DNA of 64,000 bases, from positions 64,001 to 128,000 of the forward strand of contig JAITVV010000081.1 in the NCBI GenBank assembly GCA_031285625.1, written 5' to 3'. The stretch's first letter is position 1; every line of letters starts with the position of its first letter. Positions 49,107 through 59,911 of this stretch are shown here, one piece after another. The position numbers were made by a program, and so were the translations under genes. The notes beneath the pieces were generated by a model. It saw only the letters and a list, made by a program, of their open reading frames with translations. It made no database searches and was not told the origin of the DNA. The DNA comes from Prevotella sp. (GTDB lineage Bacteria > Bacteroidota > Bacteroidia > Bacteroidales > Dysgonomonadaceae).

Positions 49107-49964
49107 ATGGAACGAAAAACAAGCACAAAGGAAGATTATGCCAAACGTATCAATATAGTTATTGAATATATTGGTAATCATCTGAACAATGAAATGGATC
49201 TGAAAGAACTGGCTGAGATATCTAATTTTTCGGAATATCATTTCCACAGGATATTCAAGGCTATAATTGGTGAATCTATTGGCGCATTTGTTGTAAGAAT
49301 GCGCGTTGAGACTGCAGCCCGACTATTGAGATACACTACCCTTTCTGTTCAGGATATTGCATATAGTGTGGGGTATGGTGCACCATCCTCCCTTACTAAG
49401 GTTTTTCGTCAGTTCTATAATATTTCACCAACAGATTACAGAAACAATAAAAGTTATAGAATTATGAAACCATTACAAACAAGTTCCGATATTAAACTAA
49501 AAGATCCCAAAGTAGTAGAACTAGAACCCAAGAAGGCAATATATGTACGTCTGCAGGGCAACTATCAGACAATTGATTATGGAGGGGCATTTAATAAATT
49601 ATGGTCTTTTGTAAAAGAGAATAAATTATTCACGGCAGGTATTGAGCACCTTACTATGGGGCATGATGATCCACATGTAACAGACTCTGACAAGCTTATT
49701 ACAGATGTTTGCCTTGTAATTCATAAAGATGTTTCACCCAAAGGTGAAATAGGTGTGCGGGACGTTGCAGGAGGCAAATTCCTGGTCTTCACCTATGTGG
49801 GTCCTTATGATAATCTGTTCAATGTATTCGATACTATTTACAGATGGATACCCGAGAATGGATACGAATTGCGTATGGAACAAGGATTTGAAAAATATTT
49901 GAATCACCCGGGCAAGACAACTCCGGATAAACTGAAAACGGAGATTTATATTCCGATAATATAA
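49107..49964 (+). CDS. AraC family regulator with GyrI-like effector domain
   Basis: SEYHFHRIFK and IAYSVGY AraC HTH; C-terminal GPYDNL/EKYLN/TEIYIP. Confidence 0.92.
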   Translation: MERKTSTKEDYAKRINIVIEYIGNHLNNEMDLKELAEISNFSEYHFHRIFKAIIGESIGAFVVRMRVETAARLLRYTTLSVQDIAYSVGYGAPSSLTKVFRQFYNISPTDYRNNKSYRIMKPLQTSSDIKLKDPKVVELEPKKAIYVRLQGNYQTIDYGGAFNKLWSFVKENKLFTAGIEHLTMGHDDPHVTDSDKLITDVCLVIHKDVSPKGEIGVRDVAGGKFLVFTYVGPYDNLFNVFDTIYRWIPENGYELRMEQGFEKYLNHPGKTTPDKLKTEIYIPII

Positions 49965-50057
49965 AGGCATTCTCAAATATTGATTTCTGCAGATTATCGC
50001 AACCTACAGAAATCATTTGAAGACAACAATTGTAAAGACAAGTGTTTAGAAAACCTG

Positions 50058-50082
50058 GCAGTCCTGTCTGTATCAGGACTGC
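50058..50082. terminator. Hairpin between convergent genes
   Basis: GCAGTCCTG-N7-CAGGACTGC. Confidence 0.5.
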
Positions 50083-50105
50083 TGTTAGATAAGAGGTTTT
50101 ATTTT

Positions 50106-51416
50106 TTATTTCATATCCAGATATCCTTTTTCAGACATTTCTGGTCTCTCTATTTTTTCAGATTTTATACGTGAATCAGGAGTGGCTGTAGATGCAGATC
50201 TGGTTATAGGATATTTAGATAAATCGGCTGAATTATCTTTTACGCATCTTACACTTAGTTGCTCAATATATTCTGTTGGAAACCAGCGTGCCATCCGGGA
50301 TACATCATGAAGTATTGCCGGAGTATAGGTCATTCCGGTGTTCTTATCATAATCTTGTCCATCATATATGGGTTCATCCCTGTCAGACAGCCAGAATTGA
50401 CCCCACTCACCAACTAGGATAGGCAAAACGTCAACATTGGGAGTCTGCCCATTGGTTTCACTTATAAATCCCAGAGAGCCTATAAGGCTGAGGTTAAAGC
50501 CTCCTTGTTGGGGTGTTCGTCCACGCCCATTAGGTGTTTCTCCCATAGGCTGTACATTATAACTTGAATTTTCGCCTATATTACTATGTGCATATTTACA
50601 TGGATTTGCTTCTATTTCGGCTCTTAAAAGCAAATATTCCGGTGTAGAAGGAACATGCCACCCATCAGGACAAATACCCTGAGAACCTCTCAGTTCTGAC
50701 ATAAATTCAGGTAAATCTGCTTGTTTAACTCCTATAGCAGCATAAAAACTATACATATGGCCATGACGCGCAACAGCGGCCGGGTCTCCCATAGCAGGAT
50801 AATACTGTTGTCTTCCGTGACGCCTACTAGTACCATTCTCATCAGTGTATACCATATCACCTGTAGGGAATCCATAGACCAAGCCATCGGTAGTACCGTC
50901 AGGCCACCTGTCTGCCCTGAGGTTCTCGAGCATCCACCATCCACCATCTCCAAATTTTCCAATCTGATAGCGTTCCGGCTTGGCAGGATTTCGACCATCG
51001 ATAAGTATATCAACCTCAGCAGGAAACCGCCCTTTACCTACCGGCTCCCATTTTGCACCATTCCAAACCCTTACGCCGGGATAGATATCTGCACAAAAGT
51101 CTACACTCGTATTATATACCGTAAGCCCGGTATGAATAGCATCTTCCGTATCTTTCTTGTTGGCTGTATTGTTCTCATAATCGGTATCCCCTAAAAACAT
51201 AGGATATAAATTTGACATATCTGTTAAATTAACGCGGGGGAGCATCATTCCTTTGGTTGCAGTAGTATTGTCATTTGCAGTATATTCTTTTATATCCAAA
51301 AGTGTGCCTGCATTAGGTACTATATTAGAACCTATCGTAACCTGAGCATTCAGTTCCAATTGCATAAATAATATTATAGCAATTGCAAACAGCTTTAAAA
51401 AGAATCTTGTTTTCAT
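50106..51416 (-). CDS. FISUMP (Fib_succ_major) domain secreted protein
   Basis: Signal peptide; QVTIGS..P..GTLLDIK and KGMMLPRV N-domain; WMLENLR, QGICPDGWHVPS and SVRCVKD. Confidence 0.85.
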   Translation of the reverse strand: MKTRFFLKLFAIAIILFMQLELNAQVTIGSNIVPNAGTLLDIKEYTANDNTTATKGMMLPRVNLTDMSNLYPMFLGDTDYENNTANKKDTEDAIHTGLTVYNTSVDFCADIYPGVRVWNGAKWEPVGKGRFPAEVDILIDGRNPAKPERYQIGKFGDGGWWMLENLRADRWPDGTTDGLVYGFPTGDMVYTDENGTSRRHGRQQYYPAMGDPAAVARHGHMYSFYAAIGVKQADLPEFMSELRGSQGICPDGWHVPSTPEYLLLRAEIEANPCKYAHSNIGENSSYNVQPMGETPNGRGRTPQQGGFNLSLIGSLGFISETNGQTPNVDVLPILVGEWGQFWLSDRDEPIYDGQDYDKNTGMTYTPAILHDVSRMARWFPTEYIEQLSVRCVKDNSADLSKYPITRSASTATPDSRIKSEKIERPEMSEKGYLDMK

Positions 51417-51676
51417 TTTTAAGTTTTATATTTGTGTACGTTGCCTATTTAAAAAATTGAACTGTTGGGGGCTAGTTCAACCGCATGCAAATGTAAGCCT
51501 CAACCAAATAGTAGGATTCTCAAATCTGCAATTTAGAATATCAATTCAGCAATAATTAAAATTCCCATATTTGCAAAATATTAATAATGAGTAATTTGCA
51601 AACATGGGACTCTATAAAACCTTAAATAAAATACGTAAATGGAGTTTCTTAAATGTTAAATTACAATAGTTAAAAT

Positions 51677-51703
51677 AAAAAAGCCTGCTCAATAAAGCAG
51701 GCT
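51677..51703 (-). terminator. Intrinsic terminator after the polyprenyl synthase gene
   Basis: AGCCTGCT-N6-AGCAGGCT with a U-tract on the minus strand. Confidence 0.7.
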
Positions 51704-51738
51704 CTAATTATTATTATTTCTTGAATAATCTTCAGATA

Positions 51739-52710
51739 TCAATATGCTCTTTCCACAATATATTTTACCGCTGCATCCAGCGCTTCCCTAACCTCAACAT
51801 TAGGAATTGTATCTATTATTGCCTCAGCTTCTTCTTTCAGCTCTTCTATTTTTTTATATGCATAGTCTATACCTCCATGCTCTTTAGCATATCTGATAAG
51901 CTTTTGTATATTTTCATCTGTATAGTCATATGAAAAAATAACAGATAAAAGCTCTTTTTTCTCATCTTCGGGGGCATTCCTCAGTGCATATAGTAGAGGG
52001 AGAGTAATTTTTCCTTCCCTTATATCATTTCCTGTAGGCTTTCCAATGGCATCAGTGAAATAGTCGAAGATATCATCACGTAGCTGAAAACAAAGTCCGA
52101 GCAATTCTCCCAATTTTGTGAATTTCTCCACTTCTTCTTCTGATGCACCTACAGACATGGCTCCTATACGCATACAAACCGACATTAGAGAAGCTGTCTT
52201 TTTCTTTATAACCTGAAAATACTCGTCTTCGTCAATAATCAGTTCTTTGACCAGTGATAACTGGTTAAGCTCGCCCTCAGCAAGGTCCCGCCCCAAATCG
52301 GAAATATTGGATATAAGTTCTATATTACCTGTCAAAACACTCTTTATAAGGGCAGTAGATAAAAAATAATCGCCGGCAAGAACAGCCATTTTATTATCAT
52401 AGATAGCATTCAAAGATGCGCGCCCTCTCCTTATTTTCGATTCATCTACTACGTCATCGTGTATAAGCGAGGCTGTGTGAAGCAGTTCTACTGTGATGGC
52501 AGCATTGTATGTCATATTGTTTATTTCTCCACATGCTTTGGCTGCCAGCAATAATAATGTCGGACGAATTCTTTTACCATCCGATTTCATTATGTAGTCT
52601 ATGATTTCTTGAATTCTTACATTATTACAAAAAACAGAATCTTTGTAATAGGTAGTAAACGTCTTTAATTCTTCCGCTACAGGTTTAGCTATCAAGAGCT
52701 TTTTGTCCAT
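51739..52710 (-). CDS. Polyprenyl diphosphate synthase (IspB-like)
   Basis: GKRIRP, LIHDDVVD..RRG and FQLRDDIFD motifs. Confidence 0.93.
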   Translation of the reverse strand: MDKKLLIAKPVAEELKTFTTYYKDSVFCNNVRIQEIIDYIMKSDGKRIRPTLLLLAAKACGEINNMTYNAAITVELLHTASLIHDDVVDESKIRRGRASLNAIYDNKMAVLAGDYFLSTALIKSVLTGNIELISNISDLGRDLAEGELNQLSLVKELIIDEDEYFQVIKKKTASLMSVCMRIGAMSVGASEEEVEKFTKLGELLGLCFQLRDDIFDYFTDAIGKPTGNDIREGKITLPLLYALRNAPEDEKKELLSVIFSYDYTDENIQKLIRYAKEHGGIDYAYKKIEELKEEAEAIIDTIPNVEVREALDAAVKYIVERAY

Positions 52711-52999
52711 ATTAATTTTGTTGAGATGCAAATTTATAAATAATTCGGTTTGTAGCATTATATATTCATAACTTTACATAGTATTCCCGGACTTTTTAGG
52801 GTTTCTTAGATAAATTCAAAATTCCGGAAAGCAAAAATCATTATTTAGTTATTAACAACAACATATTCTATCTTTGTAGTTCGTTGCTTTTTGCTTAACT
52901 TGCCAAAGTTTTTCAGGTCTCAGACTTATTTATTACATAAGTAAGTAAACTGTTATGATTCAATATCATTAAATACTTGCTGTTACTTAAATTATCTCA

Positions 53000-55798
53000 A
53001 TGAAATTATTTCTATTAGACGCCTACGCATTAATATATCGCTCATATTATGCATTTATAAAGAATCCCAGAGTAAACTCCAAAGGGCAGAACACATCTGC
53101 TATCTTCGGTTTTGTTAATACCTTGGAAGAGCTTCTCCGCAAAGAAGATCCTACACATATTGCTGTAGCATTTGATCCTCCGGGCGGTACATTCCGGCAC
53201 GATGCCTATGAGAAGTATAAAGCTCAGCGACAAGAAACTCCAGAAGATATACGCGCTGCCGTTCCCATTATAAAAGAGATTATAGCTGCATATAATATCA
53301 AAGAGTTGGAAGTTCCGCGTTATGAAGCTGATGATGTAATAGGTACAATCGCTAAAAAAGCTGAAAAAGAGAACTTCGATGTGTATATGATGACACCCGA
53401 TAAAGACTACGGACAGCTTACTACTGATCATATCTTTATGTATAAGCCAAAGTTTGCAGGCGCAGGATTCGACGTGCTCGATGCAAAGGCCATAATGGAA
53501 AAATACGAGCTCTCCTCCCCTACCCAGATGATAGATTTGCTGGGGTTGATGGGTGATGCCTCGGATAATATTCCGGGATGCCCCGGCGTAGGTCCTAAAA
53601 CTGCTCAGAAACTATTGGAGGAATATGGTACAATAGAAAATCTCCTTGAACATACATCTGAAATTAAAGGTACGTTGAAGCTGAGGCTGGAAGATAATAA
53701 AGAACAAATCATTTTCTCAAAATTCCTGGCCACAATAAAAACGGATGTTCCTGTCGAGTTTCATAAAGAAGAATTTAAACGGAAAGAGATCAATGCGGAA
53801 AAGCTTTCAGAATTATTCGAAGAGTTGGAATTCAGAACGTTGATCAACCGTGTATTAAAGAAAGATGGTACACCAGCCCATCCGGTAAGATATACAACTA
53901 CTCATGAAGCTATTCAAGGAGATCTGTTTGCTGAATTATTACCCCCTGTAAATCAGGCAACTTCCAATATGGCTGACTACTCCGGGTTAGAGCAACTAAA
54001 AGATATTCCTCACTCCTATCATTTAGTTGACAGTGAAGATAAAATAATAGAATTGGCAGCGCAAATTACATTGCAAGAGTCTTGCTGTTTCGATACTGAG
54101 ACCACCGGTCTCGATGCTACCGTGAGTGAACTGGTAGGTATGTCCTTTGCCTTCAAAGAAGGAGAGGCCTATTATGTTCCGGTTTCTGCAAACTTCGAAG
54201 AAGCCAGAAGAGTAGTAGAAATATTTCGCCCTTTTTTCGAAAATGAAAAGATATTGAAAATAGGTCAGAATATAAAATATGACATCATAGTTCTCAAGCA
54301 ATACGGAATAAATGTACGTGGAAAGCTTTTCGATACAATGATAGCCCACTATCTGATAAATCCGGAACTAAGGCACAATATGGACTATATGGCCGAAACC
54401 TTTCTGAAATACAAGACAATCCATATTGATGAACTCATAGGCGCAAGGGGTAAGAATCAACGGAGCATGAGGGATCTCCGCCCTGAACAGATTTGTGATT
54501 ATGCCTGTGAGGATGCTGATGTAACATTGAAACTTAAAGGCATCCTGGAAAAAGTCATTGAAAAACAGGAATTAGGCAAATTATTGTATGAGATAGAACT
54601 CCCTCTCATCTATGTTTTAGCCGATATGGAATATACTGGTGCCAAACTGGATACAACAGCCCTAAGCGAATATTCGAAGACTTTAACATTGGAATTACAG
54701 AGAATAGAATCCGAAATTTATGGTTCGGCAGGAATGGAATTCAATATCAATTCTGCAAAACAGGTCGGTGAGATTCTTTTCGAAAGATTGAAAATAGTAG
54801 ACAAGCCTAAGAAAACCAAAACGGGGCAATATGTTACCAGTGAAGAGATCCTCGAAAGAATGAAGGACTCCCACCCTATTGTTGCGCAAATACTGGAATA
54901 CCGTGGATTGAAGAAGTTACTGAGCACTTATATAGATGCTCTTCCATTATTGATAAATCCGAGAGACGGTAAAATACATACATCATATAATCAGACAGTT
55001 ACTGCAACAGGCCGCTTAAGTTCGAGCAATCCGAATTTGCAGAATATACCTATACGCGAAGCACAGGGAAAAGAAATACGCAAGGCCTTTATTGCTGATG
55101 AAGGATGTACTTTCTTTTCGGCAGACTACTCGCAGATCGAACTTAGGATTATGGCACACCTGAGCCAGGACCCAACTATGATAGAAGCTTTTAATAGCGG
55201 GGAAGATATTCACGCTGCAACCGCTGCTAAAATATTTAAACTCCCTATTAAAGAAGTGACCAGCGACATGCGCCGCAAGGCTAAGACAGCAAATTTTGGT
55301 ATCATATACGGGATCTCTGTATTTGGTCTGGCAGAACGTCTTACTATTCCACGGAGTGAAGCAAAAGAGCTTATAGAAGGCTATTTTGAAACATATCCCA
55401 AGGTAAAGGAGTATATGGACAGAAGTATCAATATAGCCCGTGAACATACCTATGTGGAAACAGTGTTTGGACGTAAGCGCTATCTTCCGGATATCAATTC
55501 CCGAAATGCAACAGTACGCGGCTATGCCGAGCGAAATGCCATAAATGCACCCATACAGGGAAGTGCTGCCGATATTATAAAAGTAGCAATGAATAAAATA
55601 TTTGCACGCTTCGAAAAAGAGAATATCCAGTCAAAAATGATTCTCCAGGTACATGACGAATTAAACTTCAATGTTATAAATAATGAACTGGAGAAAGTAC
55701 AACAAATCGTTATGGACGAAATGGAGAATGCATATAAGCTTGTTGTTCCGTTAAAAGCCGATTGCGGTAAAGGAAATAATTGGTTAGAAGCGCATTAG
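53000..55798 (+). CDS. polA: DNA polymerase I
   Basis: 5'-3' exonuclease (EADDVIG, GDASDNIPG), FDTETT, DYSQIELR, KTANFGIIYG and QVHDEL motifs. Confidence 0.98.
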   Translation: MKLFLLDAYALIYRSYYAFIKNPRVNSKGQNTSAIFGFVNTLEELLRKEDPTHIAVAFDPPGGTFRHDAYEKYKAQRQETPEDIRAAVPIIKEIIAAYNIKELEVPRYEADDVIGTIAKKAEKENFDVYMMTPDKDYGQLTTDHIFMYKPKFAGAGFDVLDAKAIMEKYELSSPTQMIDLLGLMGDASDNIPGCPGVGPKTAQKLLEEYGTIENLLEHTSEIKGTLKLRLEDNKEQIIFSKFLATIKTDVPVEFHKEEFKRKEINAEKLSELFEELEFRTLINRVLKKDGTPAHPVRYTTTHEAIQGDLFAELLPPVNQATSNMADYSGLEQLKDIPHSYHLVDSEDKIIELAAQITLQESCCFDTETTGLDATVSELVGMSFAFKEGEAYYVPVSANFEEARRVVEIFRPFFENEKILKIGQNIKYDIIVLKQYGINVRGKLFDTMIAHYLINPELRHNMDYMAETFLKYKTIHIDELIGARGKNQRSMRDLRPEQICDYACEDADVTLKLKGILEKVIEKQELGKLLYEIELPLIYVLADMEYTGAKLDTTALSEYSKTLTLELQRIESEIYGSAGMEFNINSAKQVGEILFERLKIVDKPKKTKTGQYVTSEEILERMKDSHPIVAQILEYRGLKKLLSTYIDALPLLINPRDGKIHTSYNQTVTATGRLSSSNPNLQNIPIREAQGKEIRKAFIADEGCTFFSADYSQIELRIMAHLSQDPTMIEAFNSGEDIHAATAAKIFKLPIKEVTSDMRRKAKTANFGIIYGISVFGLAERLTIPRSEAKELIEGYFETYPKVKEYMDRSINIAREHTYVETVFGRKRYLPDINSRNATVRGYAERNAINAPIQGSAADIIKVAMNKIFARFEKENIQSKMILQVHDELNFNVINNELEKVQQIVMDEMENAYKLVVPLKADCGKGNNWLEAH

Positions 55799-55831
55799 AA
55801 ATACGATATTCTCAATACGAACTATTTGGTC

Positions 55832-57499
55832 ATGAATAAATTTTTGGATAAAATACAACAAAATAAGAAATACCACTTCTGGTTATTTTTTGCAGTATTG
55901 CTATTTCTTTCTGCATTAATGATGTATTTCTATCAGCCGCTGTGCACCGGATCTGATTTCTTTTTTCATTACAGACGTTTTCAGGCGCTGATGGACGGAT
56001 TGAAAGACTCACCTTTCCTCATATATACGGACTATACTGCGATTGATGGCTATGGTTACTTTACCAAAGCTTTTTATTCTGATGTTATACTCATCCCTTT
56101 TGCTCTTGTTGGCAATCTTACAAATGCGGCATTTGCATACGAATTTATGATATTCACCATGACGGTTTTGTGTGGCGTATTCACATATATTACTATCAAT
56201 TCTATTTATAAAAATACATATGCTGCAGCTATAGGGGCTATACTGTTTACCTTTGCCATTTACAGGCTGTTTGACATATACCACAGGGCTGCTCTGGGCG
56301 AAGCATTATCCTTTACATTTATTCCTATTGTGTTTCTGGGAATATATCAGATAATCAAGGGAGATTATAAAAAGTGGTATATCCTTACCATTGGTTTTAG
56401 CTTGATGATCTTTACACATCTTATCTCCACTGTTCTGATGTTTGTAACGATGCTCATACTTCTACTTATTTATTCCAAATCCCTTCTTAAAGAGCCAAAA
56501 CGTATCTGGTATCTGGTATTGGCAGGATTAGTAACAATAATTATTGTGAGCTACTACGTATGGCCAATGGCAGAGCAAATGTTCTCTAATCTTTTCTATT
56601 ACGATAGGGGAGATGAGATATTTAATCCACAGGGTCTAGCTTACCCTGTCGGCTGGGTTATCTGGGGCATGTTTACCGGAATACTTATTCCCAAACAGGC
56701 TTTTATTCCGGGTGTAGGTTTGCTACTCACATGTGCTATTGTATTGAGACTGTTTGTATATGAAAAATCACCGAAACTGAAAAGTATAGATGTAGGTGTC
56801 ATCATTGGCTTATGTTATATCATAGCATGTCTGCCGATGTTTCCCTGGTCTGTTTTCCCTTTCACCCTGTTAAGTTTTATTCAGTTACCTTGGCGTCTAT
56901 TGGAATTTTCGAGTTTCTTCTTTGCTGTAGCAGGAGGATATTACCTGTCACGCATTTTGAGGACGAATATGCGACGTTTGCTTGCGGTGGGAGGAGTAGT
57001 TATAGCTATCGCCTTAGTCTTTGCAAATAACGCCAGAGAGTATCAGCTATACCGTTGTGAAGAACCTATAACCACGCAGGCTACTATAATCAATTATTAT
57101 CATTTGGGAGGAGCAGAATATATTCCTCTGAAAGTACCTTCTGTTGATTTCCTGGCCGAGCGAAAGGATAGTGTACTCTATCAACAAAATGAAACAATGA
57201 TTTCTGACTTTGCAAGAAACAGAAACATAGTAGAATTTACTGTTGCTACTCAAAAAGCAGATAGCCTGGAACTACCTTTACTATATTATAAAGGATATCA
57301 AGCCAGCCTGAACGGAAAAGACATTCCGGTTTCAGAAAGCCGGCATGGACTTGTACAGGTAGCCGTTAGTGATTCGGGTAGGGTAGAGGCTTATTATGCA
57401 GGAACTTTTTTACAGAAGGCAAGTTTTGCTATTTCAGTTACCGCAATATTGTTTTTTTGTATTTTCATATATTTGGATAAGAAAAAACGGAAAGCTTAA
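55832..57499 (+). CDS. YfhO-like / PTPS-related multi-TM membrane protein (putative GT-C glycosyltransferase)
   Basis: D..FH..R, GYGY...FY, RAALGE, IQLPWR and LPLLYYKGY motifs. Confidence 0.7.
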   Translation: MNKFLDKIQQNKKYHFWLFFAVLLFLSALMMYFYQPLCTGSDFFFHYRRFQALMDGLKDSPFLIYTDYTAIDGYGYFTKAFYSDVILIPFALVGNLTNAAFAYEFMIFTMTVLCGVFTYITINSIYKNTYAAAIGAILFTFAIYRLFDIYHRAALGEALSFTFIPIVFLGIYQIIKGDYKKWYILTIGFSLMIFTHLISTVLMFVTMLILLLIYSKSLLKEPKRIWYLVLAGLVTIIIVSYYVWPMAEQMFSNLFYYDRGDEIFNPQGLAYPVGWVIWGMFTGILIPKQAFIPGVGLLLTCAIVLRLFVYEKSPKLKSIDVGVIIGLCYIIACLPMFPWSVFPFTLLSFIQLPWRLLEFSSFFFAVAGGYYLSRILRTNMRRLLAVGGVVIAIALVFANNAREYQLYRCEEPITTQATIINYYHLGGAEYIPLKVPSVDFLAERKDSVLYQQNETMISDFARNRNIVEFTVATQKADSLELPLLYYKGYQASLNGKDIPVSESRHGLVQVAVSDSGRVEAYYAGTFLQKASFAISVTAILFFCIFIYLDKKKRKA

Positions 57500-59175
57500 T
57501 GTCTCTATATAGCTTACTTTCATACAAAAGATATCAGTTCAGAATATTTCTATTCGTTTTGGTATCTCTTTCGATACTGGCTACATTCCTTTATGGTAAC
57601 CAGCTATTTGGAGGGGACGATTACTATTTCCATAATGCCAGATTTGAAGCCCTGATGCAATCTTTAAAAGACGGTACATTCCCTTCGTATATAGATTATA
57701 CGGGAATGTATGGATACGGGTATCTCATTAAGCCATTTTATTCCGATTTTATCCTGATTCCTTATGCTGCATTAGGTAATGTAACGAGCAAGGAGTTTGC
57801 ATATATATTCCTTCTGTTTTCGATGACTATTCTGTGTGGAATATTTATGTATATTACGGTCAACAAAGTCTATAAGAGTTCTTATGCAGCAGCAATAAGC
57901 GCATTATTATATACTTTTGCCCTATACCGGTTACTGGATGTTTACCACCGGGCTGCACTTGGCGAAGCTTTATCTTTCACATTTTTACCTATCGTTTTTC
58001 TTGGCTTACACTACATAATCAAAGGCGATTACAGGAAATGGTATATTATAACAATCGGGTTTTCTCTAATGATCCTGACCCATGTTCTTTCCTCTGTGTT
58101 ACTTTTTATTACTGTTATTATCATACTACCTATTTCATATAAAGATTTACTGAAAGAACCTAAACGGATTTATTATCTAATATTAGCAGGTTTTGTAACA
58201 TTCATTATTGCAGGTTATTATATATTTCCATTTTTGGAGCAGATACTCTCAAATACGTTTTATTTCCAGAAATTCAAGACATCTCCATATACTTTTAGCC
58301 TGAGTAGGCTAGGAATACCGGAAATATTAAGGGATATGGCAGATGGATTCGCTCTTATAAAAGGAGGATCCAAAACAGGATTATTACTTATATTACCTGT
58401 ATTATTGCGTTTCTTCATTAAAAAAAGTGATAAGACAAAGTACCTGAAAAGTGTTGATATCGGTGTCATTATCGGACTACTCTATATACTGATGACATCA
58501 ACATTGATACCATGGGATAGAATACCTTTGGCGTACATGAGCTTTATTCAGTTTACATGGCGATTATATGAGTTTGTGTGTTATTTCTTTGCTGTGGCAG
58601 GAGGATATTACCTTTACTTACTATGTAAAAGCAACAAAAGTAAAATTATAGCCTTTTCGTCCCTCGTAATATTAACATCTCTTGTAATCATAATCGATGC
58701 TAAGAATTACAAGGAAATGAAGCTACCAGCCCGCTCAGATAAAAATCTGAATGAAGAGAATCATTATGTAAAAGCGGGAATGGAATATGTTCCTGCCCGA
58801 ACACCACTTCCAGATCCGTTTGTATTGGAACGGAAAGATAGTGTACTCTACCAACAAAATGAAACTGTTATTTCTGATTTTAAGAGAAATAAAAATATAG
58901 TGGAATTTACAGTCACTACTCATCAGCCAGATAGCCTGGAACTACCTCTGATCTATTATAAAGGATATTCTGCAATCCTCGATGGAAAAGACATACCAGT
59001 GACACAAAGTAGCCATGGGCTTGTGCAGGTACCTGCTGGCCAATCGGGTAGGGTAGAGGCCTGCTATAAAGGAACTTTAATACAAAAGCTCAGTTTTTGT
59101 ACAACTATTCTAAGTATATTTGCGTTATGTGGATATATATTCGTTCAAAACAGAAAGAGAAAACATCTTAAATAA
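57499..59175 (+). CDS. YfhO-like membrane protein, tandem paralog
   Basis: Same motifs as the upstream gene; start overlaps its stop (TAATG). Confidence 0.7.
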   Translation: MSLYSLLSYKRYQFRIFLFVLVSLSILATFLYGNQLFGGDDYYFHNARFEALMQSLKDGTFPSYIDYTGMYGYGYLIKPFYSDFILIPYAALGNVTSKEFAYIFLLFSMTILCGIFMYITVNKVYKSSYAAAISALLYTFALYRLLDVYHRAALGEALSFTFLPIVFLGLHYIIKGDYRKWYIITIGFSLMILTHVLSSVLLFITVIIILPISYKDLLKEPKRIYYLILAGFVTFIIAGYYIFPFLEQILSNTFYFQKFKTSPYTFSLSRLGIPEILRDMADGFALIKGGSKTGLLLILPVLLRFFIKKSDKTKYLKSVDIGVIIGLLYILMTSTLIPWDRIPLAYMSFIQFTWRLYEFVCYFFAVAGGYYLYLLCKSNKSKIIAFSSLVILTSLVIIIDAKNYKEMKLPARSDKNLNEENHYVKAGMEYVPARTPLPDPFVLERKDSVLYQQNETVISDFKRNKNIVEFTVTTHQPDSLELPLIYYKGYSAILDGKDIPVTQSSHGLVQVPAGQSGRVEACYKGTLIQKLSFCTTILSIFALCGYIFVQNRKRKHLK

Positions 59176-59181
59176 TTTAAT

Positions 59182-59397
59182 ATGCGCCATTTCACCAATA
59201 TTGACTTTTTATACCCCGTTTTTATGCTGATTTTCGGTATTGTGATGATAATCAGTCCCCGTTCTTTGATGCGAAAGGCAAAATACGATGAAGAAAGCCT
59301 GAAAACAGAATCGTGGGTAAAAAAACTCGGAATAGCCCTATGTGTATTTGCTGTAGGTTTTGCAATCTATATCTATTACAAGCTGAATAATGCTTGA
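59182..59397 (+). CDS. Small two-TM membrane protein
   Basis: Two hydrophobic helices; operonic spacing. Confidence 0.65.
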   Translation: MRHFTNIDFLYPVFMLIFGIVMIISPRSLMRKAKYDEESLKTESWVKKLGIALCVFAVGFAIYIYYKLNNA

Positions 59398-59833
59398 CGG
59401 ATTTGTAGAATATGGCTATATAGGCCTGTTTCTGGCATCTTTTCTTGCGGCTACTATATTACCTTTGGGATCTGAGGTTGTTTTTGCAGGCTTACTTGCA
59501 GCAGGCTTAAACGGATGGACATGTGTTCTCGTTGCTTCAGTCGGGAATTGGCTTGGAGGAATGACTAACTATTATCTGGGCAGGCTCGGCAAGGTAGAAT
59601 GGATAGAAAAGTACCTGAAAGTAAAGAAAGAAAAAATAGATAAAATGCAACATTGGCTGGAAGGAAAAGGGGCTGCGATGGCCTTTTTCAGTTTTCTGCC
59701 TGTTGTAGGCGATATTATTGCACTGGCATTAGGGTATATGCGTGCTAATGTATACATTGTAAATGTTGCCATGTTTACCGGTAAATGTATCCGGTATGTA
59801 TTGATAATGTATGGGGTTAACTGGATAATTTAG
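59390..59833 (+). CDS. YqaA/DedA family membrane protein
   Basis: FLAATILPLGSE, GNWLGGMTNYYLG, LPVVGD and GK.IRY motifs. Confidence 0.9.
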   Translation: MLDGFVEYGYIGLFLASFLAATILPLGSEVVFAGLLAAGLNGWTCVLVASVGNWLGGMTNYYLGRLGKVEWIEKYLKVKKEKIDKMQHWLEGKGAAMAFFSFLPVVGDIIALALGYMRANVYIVNVAMFTGKCIRYVLIMYGVNWII

Positions 59834-59858
59834 TTCAGAATCAAGTTATAAAATAAAG

Positions 59859-59887
59859 AAGAGTATCTTTTTTAAGATACTCTTTTT
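59859..59887. terminator. Bidirectional terminator
   Basis: AAGAGTATCTT-N4-AAGATACTCTTTTT. Confidence 0.65.
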
Positions 59888-59911
59888 CAATATATTATAT
59901 TCAATACAGAG

